Positions 58,551 to 64,000 of a stretch of DNA of 64,000 bases are shown here, piece after piece. The position numbers were made by a program, and so were the translations under genes. The first letter of the stretch is position 1, and the number at the start of each line of letters is the position of its first letter. Under the pieces are notes generated by a model, which was given only the letters and a program-made list of their open reading frames with translations, was not told where the DNA came from and ran no database searches. The DNA is from a virus, in IMG/VR virus record IMGVR_UViG_3300048914_000176, positions 1 to 64,000 of that record; one strand, written 5' to 3'.

Positions 58551-59110
58551 TAGTCATCCTTACTTATTTTCTCATACGCTTCCTTGATCAAGCGCATAAG
58601 AGTAGGATCACGATATTCAAAATCATCTGGAACATCCAATCGTTTGATTGGACGATAACTAATACGCATCACGTCAAGTTGACGTTGAAGCATATCTTCA
58701 TGTTGTCTTGTCATACAGACAATCTCATCAGCCCAATAAAGAAGTACCTCATCTACTGGGATTAGTGCATAGCTCTCTTCAATACCAGCACATCGAGTAT
58801 TGAAATTAAATGGCTCAGCACTTAAGACAACAGCAGCAGTTGGACTTCTCAGTAATCCAGCTGAACAAACACAAAGAACTTTTTTGTAATTTCCTTGGTT
58901 TGGATTTTTCGAGTTATATACTCGATTGTGATTGTTTTTCATTGCAAGCATCAATCCTAATTTGTCTAAGAGTTTTATAGAAAATATCTCTACATCTAAT
59001 ACAAAAATAGGCATTCCATGTACGCATAGGATTACTTGAGCTAATACGTGAAACTGCTGTTTCACGGCTAGTACACCAAGTACACGTAGCATGCTCATCT
59101 TTATTTTCAA
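58550..59110 (-). CDS. low-molecular-weight protein-tyrosine-phosphatase / ArsC-fold phosphatase-like
   Basis: KKVLCVCSAGLLRSP = CX5R(S) P-loop near the N-terminus of the likely real protein. The likely start is the internal MKNNHN (~58945). Confidence 0.4.
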   Translation of the reverse strand: MKIKMSMLRVLGVLAVKQQFHVLAQVILCVHGMPIFVLDVEIFSIKLLDKLGLMLAMKNNHNRVYNSKNPNQGNYKKVLCVCSAGLLRSPTAAVVLSAEPFNFNTRCAGIEESYALIPVDEVLLYWADEIVCMTRQHEDMLQRQLDVMRISYRPIKRLDVPDDFEYRDPTLMRLIKEAYEKISKDD

Positions 59111-59123
59111 TATGGACTAACAT
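58914..59123 (-). CDS. small Zn-ribbon protein (uncertain)
   Basis: CTWC...CIRC Cys pairs. Overlaps the N-terminal extension of the phosphatase ORF. Confidence 0.25.
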   Translation of the reverse strand: MLVHIENKDEHATCTWCTSRETAVSRISSSNPMRTWNAYFCIRCRDIFYKTLRQIRIDACNEKQSQSSI

Positions 59124-59125
59124 CG

Positions 59126-59449
59126 TTAATCCTCTTGATCAGGGCATTTATGTACTTCTTCTATGAAAGCCTCTACTTTCGTCTTTAATGTTGATAACTC
59201 TTGTTCAACTTCAGTAAGTCGACGTTGGTAATATGTAATTGTTTCAACAAAAGCATGTTGAGCAGTTTCAGCTCGCATACTAAGATTCATTCTACGAGTG
59301 TAGTCATATAACCACCATCCTTGGTTAGTTTCAGTGAGTGATAAAGTATCACTTATCTTAGTATCTTTAATTACACGAGCCACGTTGTTCTCCATTAAAC
59401 CCACACGGGGTAGCTCACCTACCCCGCAGTCCTCTGGCGCGATGAGCAC
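59126..59449 (-). CDS. hypothetical protein
   Basis: 107 aa. Confidence 0.35.
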   Translation of the reverse strand: MLIAPEDCGVGELPRVGLMENNVARVIKDTKISDTLSLTETNQGWWLYDYTRRMNLSMRAETAQHAFVETITYYQRRLTEVEQELSTLKTKVEAFIEEVHKCPDQED

Positions 59450-59463
59450 ACCAGTACCATGCC

Positions 59464-59661
59464 CTATTTTATGTTCGCTACGATTCGAGCAAATTCTCGA
59501 ATGATCGTAAGTTCATAAAGAGCTTGACGATCTTTATTTGCACGACGTTCAAGCTTTTCTATATGTTTTAAAAGCTTCCCGTAGCGAACACCACCATCCA
59601 TTTTGGTAAATGCATCTACGACAGAATTCATTTCTTGTCGTAGAAGTTCACTTTGAATCAC
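59464..59661 (-). CDS. hypothetical protein
   Basis: 65 aa. Confidence 0.3.
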   Translation of the reverse strand: MIQSELLRQEMNSVVDAFTKMDGGVRYGKLLKHIEKLERRANKDRQALYELTIIREFARIVANIK

Positions 59662-60227
59662 TCGGCATCAATCAACAGCTGATTAGCTGTTGCCGCGGCG
59701 ACGGCTGCATTAGCAAAATTTAATGCACTGCCAGAGACATCCGTGGTAGCTGCACGATCCAACAACTGACGTACTGCTTCAGTTGGTGTCAACTGCGCTT
59801 TTGGTGCATAGCTTACAACCGGAGGTGCAGTTGGAGTTGGTTCAGCAGAACCTAGATCCACATGACCAACTGGAATATCCGGTGTCGGAATTGGATGACC
59901 ATCAAGAGTCATTGGTTGAGATAGATCAGTGATATTCAAAGCTACAGTCGGAACTTGCTCAGGGAATTGATAACTATCAACTAAAGCCAAACCAGGAATA
60001 CCACCTTTGATAGTGGCTGTGCGGAAGATACCCGGATAGTTTCCAACTACAGCACCAATATCTGCAGGTGTCGAAGCGCCAGGAACTGACGAAATAATTC
60101 GATCATAACTAGCAATACGAATACGGTTATTTTGCATCCAATCCAAAATTGCATCACAAAGAGTAGAGCCCATAAAAACCTCTTGATTAGAATTTGATAA
60201 CAGGAATATCGATGCATTCATCGACAA
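59658..60227 (-). CDS. hypothetical protein
   Basis: 189 aa, Pro/Thr-rich middle. Confidence 0.35.
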   Translation of the reverse strand: MSMNASIFLLSNSNQEVFMGSTLCDAILDWMQNNRIRIASYDRIISSVPGASTPADIGAVVGNYPGIFRTATIKGGIPGLALVDSYQFPEQVPTVALNITDLSQPMTLDGHPIPTPDIPVGHVDLGSAEPTPTAPPVVSYAPKAQLTPTEAVRQLLDRAATTDVSGSALNFANAAVAAATANQLLIDAE

Positions 60228-60239
60228 TAGAAAATAAAA

Positions 60240-60467
60240 TTATCCAAAGGAAGCAGTATCCAAAATTGTTCTAATATCTTTAGCTAATAAAGGATACTCT
60301 TCACGACATGATTTCTCATAAGCTTCTAAAGCAGCTTTAGCATGAGGATCATGACTGCAGTCCAATACAAAATACTGACAACGATGATGTTTACCGCCTA
60401 ATTCGTCAGTTTTATCAAAACGACTTACAAGGAATTTTTTGTAAATCCCACGAGTTTTATCGCCCAC
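60240..60467 (-). CDS. hypothetical protein
   Basis: 75 aa. Confidence 0.3.
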   Translation of the reverse strand: MGDKTRGIYKKFLVSRFDKTDELGGKHHRCQYFVLDCSHDPHAKAALEAYEKSCREEYPLLAKDIRTILDTASFG

Positions 60468-60479
60468 AATGGTCTTCCT

Positions 60480-60707
60480 TTAGCCGAAAGGCATTGGTTC
60501 TTCATCTACACACTGTTGGATATACTCCAAAGTCTGTGGACTCAGATCATCCTTGATGTTCTTTCCATTAAAGAGCACAGCAATTACTTCATGCTGTGCC
60601 GGTTCAGCAGGCAAGCCACCATGTGAATATGATGGACCTACTGCGCGAAGTGACTTAGATATTTGTTTAACCACCACTTCCACATCGAGTTCAAGTGTAA
60701 GTTTCAT
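60480..60707 (-). CDS. hypothetical protein
   Basis: 75 aa. Confidence 0.3.
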   Translation of the reverse strand: MKLTLELDVEVVVKQISKSLRAVGPSYSHGGLPAEPAQHEVIAVLFNGKNIKDDLSPQTLEYIQQCVDEEPMPFG

Positions 60708-60710
60708 TGG

Positions 60711-61142
60711 TTACTCCAAGTAAGGTTTCCAAATATCAGGAAAACTACAATTATTTGGAGCAGCTTTGAACATTGGAGCTATTTGTTCTGGCTTATATCC
60801 AGCTAAACCACATCCGATTGCAGTTATGAAAAACTTAGTATCATTAAGTTTATTTCGTGTTGCATCTTTAATCCAATTATCTTTACTTTTTTGAAGATTG
60901 GCGTATTGGATAAATTGATCAACATATAGCTTGATAACATCAAGCTTCATACGCTGTATTGCCCAATCCTTGGTTGGTATTGCATAGCTTTGACCTTGAG
61001 GACCAACGCCCATACCGTAAATTGCACCGTAACCGCAAAGTGCTACATGTGCAGCTCCACGACCATGACGACCAATAAGATTGCTGCCGAATACGAAAAT
61101 AGAATCATCAGTTGGTAATGAACCATTACGATGAAATTTCAT
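60711..61142 (-). CDS. hypothetical protein with Gly-rich Rossmannoid motif (possible SLOG-superfamily member)
   Basis: IFVFGSNLIGRHGRGAAHVA...GMGVGPQGQSYAIPT. The strand-Gly-loop pattern resembles SLOG/DprA/LOG-type phosphate-binding loops. Confidence 0.25.
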   Translation of the reverse strand: MKFHRNGSLPTDDSIFVFGSNLIGRHGRGAAHVALCGYGAIYGMGVGPQGQSYAIPTKDWAIQRMKLDVIKLYVDQFIQYANLQKSKDNWIKDATRNKLNDTKFFITAIGCGLAGYKPEQIAPMFKAAPNNCSFPDIWKPYLE

Positions 61143-61159
61143 ATGCGATACCTAAAGAA

Positions 61160-61199
61160 TAGAAAAAACTCACCTACGCAAACGAGGATACGTAGGTGA
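61160..61199 (-). terminator. rho-independent terminator (minus strand)
   Basis: CTCACCTACG ...12 nt... CGTAGGTGAG, followed on the minus strand by T6. Confidence 0.6.
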
Positions 61200-61228
61200 G
61201 GGCTGATTAAAATCAGCAAAGGGGGTTC

Positions 61229-61663
61229 TTAAGCAACATCTCCTGCTTTAGCTCTAGCTGCAGGAGCTAATGGGGCTCCACCAAGACATTCATGCAAAAT
61301 TTGAGAGACGGCCAGTGACCGCCATGCAAGAGCATTAGCTTCAATTAAGATAGCTTGTTCAATTGGAACAGTAACCAATTCTTCTTTCTCTGTCTGAAAG
61401 TTATAAATATACACGTCAGACGAAGTGACACCCCGATCACGAGCAGCTTGCAAATCCCGCATATCCATTAAATGACGTTCAATACAATTAACATGATCTG
61501 CTGATTGCCAACGATTGTGGGTAAGACCGCCTTTGTTGTACTTGGCTCCAGCAATATAAGAATGACGAGCAACTCCAGCAATAGCTGCAGGGAAATAAGC
61601 AATGCATCCATCGCCAATCGGATACTCTTTGCGTGCTTTGCCATCAGTTGGAAGTGTGCTCAT
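61229..61663 (-). CDS. DUF5664-like protein (resembles N-terminal domain of phage dATP/dGTP pyrophosphohydrolases)
   Basis: KEYPIGDGCIAYFPAAIAGVARHSYIAGAKYNKGGLTHNRW. Start taken at the internal MSTLPTD so that it abuts the thyX stop. Confidence 0.35.
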   Translation of the reverse strand: MSTLPTDGKARKEYPIGDGCIAYFPAAIAGVARHSYIAGAKYNKGGLTHNRWQSADHVNCIERHLMDMRDLQAARDRGVTSSDVYIYNFQTEKEELVTVPIEQAILIEANALAWRSLAVSQILHECLGGAPLAPAARAKAGDVA

Positions 61664-61664
61664 A

Positions 61665-62390
61665 TCATTCTTGAAAGAGTTTATATGTTTGAGGGAATTT
61701 GCTTGCGATGATGCGAGCAACAATGTTTGCAAACTGACGAATTTCGAATTGCGCATTTGGGTCCATACGAAGTGTAAGGAACGCTAACCAGTTTCTTAGA
61801 TTAGTCGTAGCTCGCATACGGGTATAATTACCAACTGGCATTGGACAACGAGCAAGCTCTTTAGCTACACCTACATTCAGACCAAATTGGTAAGCATCTT
61901 CAGCTACACGATATGCATTATCTAGCTTACTAAGCCATATCATTGCATTATCAGCTGTAAGTTCAATCATACCAATATTACCAGCTTGTTTGTTTGGATC
62001 AGGTGTGTTCACCATCATCAAACGATCCATTGTCGGCATGTATTTGAAATCAGGAATAGGAGCATAACGAGCAGACATCTCGTTATAGCTCTGTGTACGA
62101 TGACGATGCCATTCACGAAATACGAAGATTGGAGCTTGTACTTCAATTACCATTCCAGCGAATTCAAACGGTGTGTTATGTTGGTTACGATAGAGATGAC
62201 TTAAAAGACGTGCATCTTTATCCCAACCACGAAAATTTCCCTGAGTAGACTGACGAGCTGCTTCAACGATACCTACTTCATAATCTCGAGAATCACCTTG
62301 AGCTAACCAGTAGTTAGCAGCGCCATCTTTACCAGTACCCCAAGCTTCAACAAATTCTACATAGCCGTAATCTAAAACATCGTACTTCAT
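61665..62390 (-). CDS. thyX: flavin-dependent thymidylate synthase ThyX
   Basis: ThyX signature RHRTQSYNEMSARY (RHR-x7-S). Confidence 0.9.
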   Translation of the reverse strand: MKYDVLDYGYVEFVEAWGTGKDGAANYWLAQGDSRDYEVGIVEAARQSTQGNFRGWDKDARLLSHLYRNQHNTPFEFAGMVIEVQAPIFVFREWHRHRTQSYNEMSARYAPIPDFKYMPTMDRLMMVNTPDPNKQAGNIGMIELTADNAMIWLSKLDNAYRVAEDAYQFGLNVGVAKELARCPMPVGNYTRMRATTNLRNWLAFLTLRMDPNAQFEIRQFANIVARIIASKFPQTYKLFQE

Positions 62391-62405
62391 AATTTGAATT
62401 CTCGA

Positions 62406-64000
62406 TCATGCTGTTGGTTTTCTGGTTCGCATCCAATGAGTTTCAATTGCATTGATTTCATCGGGAGATCTTCCTGATGCATCCATTCCATTGGAGAATG
62501 TGGCACTTACTAAGGGAGTATCCCAAGTACTACTTGTATCAAGTGGAGCAAACCATGCTGAACCAGGGTCAGTTGGATTGATTAACGTTGATGCTACTGA
62601 CCAATATGGATCTGCGATATTAGAGTTGCTAGTCCATTGTTGGACTGTATCAACGAATTGAGCTGCTGTACTTCCACCATTGATTCGAGCCCGTAATCGT
62701 TGGAAATAACGAGCTGCAGGAGTATTGGCTACACGATTAGCAGCACAAGCACCTACGTAGCTATCCATTAAGTCAATAATTTCATGCCATTCTGCAGATG
62801 TGCTTGGAGTACGTTGAAGTACACCAGCCAATCCATTAAAGCTACCTGGAATTGCACTAGTTAACGAACCCTGTAAATATCCTGATTGATCACTATCTAA
62901 GAATGCAGCTTGGTTAGCCATAGTCCAACCATGAGCTGCGTTACCAAGTAGACATCCAATAGTGCCAGCAGCTCCATTACGAACTCGTACAGCTATCGGA
63001 GTAGAGGTGTTCTCAGGACCGCGGACGAACCAATTATGAAGGATGTTTGCGATACGTGGATTCGATTGATTCTGTGACCAGATATCAATGGCTTCACTGT
63101 TACCGCCGCCAGGACGACCACCGCAGTTGTAATACAGGTTGTTTGCAACACAGAAGTTGGTTGAAGTTGTAGCTGGACAACGTCCCATGTAATCGCCAAA
63201 GGCATTACCAAACATGGTGAACGAACCTGTATCAGACGTGTCACCTCCATTTATAGGACCGAAGCCATGAGGTTCATTGGTTGGATCACCAACGTGATCA
63301 ATACGGGAATCCATTAAGCCAGGACCAAAGAAATTCCATAACCAGGTCACTTCAGAATGTGCCCGGTACATGTCCATAGCTTCATCGACACCGAAGCCAA
63401 ACTCATTACAGATCATGCAGATTCGAGCAGCAATAACTCCAGCTGCACCAGATCCAAATGGATCACGGTTTTCTGAACCAAGTCCTGCGTCATCATCACC
63501 GATGAACGAGCGCATGTGCATGACAACACAGTCAGACATACCATTAAGATGAGGACGGGTACCGCGGAGCCAGAAACCTGCTAAGGGAGCAAACTGTCCC
63601 CAATAACTAAAGAATGCTCGACGGCCAGCTGTGCCTGTAAATAATGGAATGTTGGCTGATGAGTTGTGCCAACCAGAAATAATTGGACGAACAGTTTTAG
63701 GACATTCAACTGTTCCACCATCAAGTGCAGGTGGATTAGCTCGCCAACATCCTTCAAATGTTCCAGACCAAGTACGAGGACCAAGTTCAGGACGTAATGA
63801 AACAGTATTACCGGTACCTAAATCATCAATTAAATACCTAGCTGAACGGGCTCCACCAGTTAAACCGCGGCCAGTTCCACCAGGTGTAGTCATACCCACA
63901 CCACCACGACCAGGTAACACTGATATAAAACCAGGTGACTGGTTAGGGAAGTCTAGTAGGGTTGGTCCAACAGGTGGAGTATCAGTGCGATACTTGGGTC
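62406..64000 (-). CDS. large Gly/Asn/Ser-rich protein of unknown function, partial; continues beyond the window end
   Basis: The frame is open from 62406 through 64000; the tabulated start at 63920 is an internal GTG. Composition suggests a beta-helix/enzyme-like protein. Confidence 0.4.
   Translation of the reverse strand, partial: PKYRTDTPPVGPTLLDFPNQSPGFISVLPGRGGVGMTTPGGTGRGLTGGARSARYLIDDLGTGNTVSLRPELGPRTWSGTFEGCWRANPPALDGGTVECPKTVRPIISGWHNSSANIPLFTGTAGRRAFFSYWGQFAPLAGFWLRGTRPHLNGMSDCVVMHMRSFIGDDDAGLGSENRDPFGSGAAGVIAARICMICNEFGFGVDEAMDMYRAHSEVTWLWNFFGPGLMDSRIDHVGDPTNEPHGFGPINGGDTSDTGSFTMFGNAFGDYMGRCPATTSTNFCVANNLYYNCGGRPGGGNSEAIDIWSQNQSNPRIANILHNWFVRGPENTSTPIAVRVRNGAAGTIGCLLGNAAHGWTMANQAAFLDSDQSGYLQGSLTSAIPGSFNGLAGVLQRTPSTSAEWHEIIDLMDSYVGACAANRVANTPAARYFQRLRARINGGSTAAQFVDTVQQWTSNSNIADPYWSVASTLINPTDPGSAWFAPLDTSSTWDTPLVSATFSNGMDASGRSPDEINAIETHWMRTRKPTA

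Noticed and set aside
58372-58587. 71-aa plus-strand ORF after vRNAP
   Set aside because: No SD. It overlaps a hairpin (58394..58420) and the minus-strand small ORF. This is more likely intergenic sequence with a terminator.
1-64000. CRISPR array, integrase or prophage att sites
   Set aside because: No regularly spaced direct repeats, no tyrosine or serine recombinase motifs, and no flanking host genes. The content is that of a strictly lytic N4-like phage.

Overview
This 64 kb window looks like most of an N4-like (Schitoviridae-type) lytic podophage genome, with no host chromosome. Three hallmarks are readable directly in the translations. First, a giant virion RNA polymerase (~3030 aa, 49282..58368) carries a T7-type motif B (RSAAKEAVTPLVYGSG = R-x3-K-x7-YG). 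Second, a T7-like RNA polymerase is split into two adjacent genes (24290..24862 and 23148..24293), as in N4 RNAPII gp15/gp16. Third, the late block follows the N4 order: large terminase, portal, Pro-rich scaffold-like protein, 401-aa major capsid protein, five virion proteins, then vRNAP.

The minus-strand blocks (1..19592 and 58550..64000) carry replication and nucleotide-metabolism genes: a composite primase, a Cas4/RecB-like nuclease, family-A DNA polymerase, a Dda/RecD-like helicase, a MazG-like protein, a metallophosphoesterase, an M20/M28-like peptidase flanked by two paralogs, a tRNA-Glu-like gene, an HNH endonuclease, dUTPase, dCMP deaminase, a YpsA/SLOG protein, ThyX and an LMW-PTP-like phosphatase. 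Two plus-strand insertions interrupt them: a GH108 lysin plus holin (14005..14992) and two tail-fibre genes (19665..22009).

The most unusual content:
- A membrane cassette built around an SPFH/band-7 protein with a Sec-signal OMP-like protein and TM proteins (15386..17826).
- A run of late-operon fibre/enzyme-like proteins with textbook Tat or Sec signal peptides (30102..33754, plus the fibre at 20513).
- A GH16-like (ExDxxE) putative depolymerase (26366..27805).
- A conserved intergenic motif, GAGGTTC-N-AAGGA plus TAGCTTAATG, repeated three times at the head of the late block.
- Several internal and tandem duplications.

No CRISPR array, integrase or PurZ was seen.
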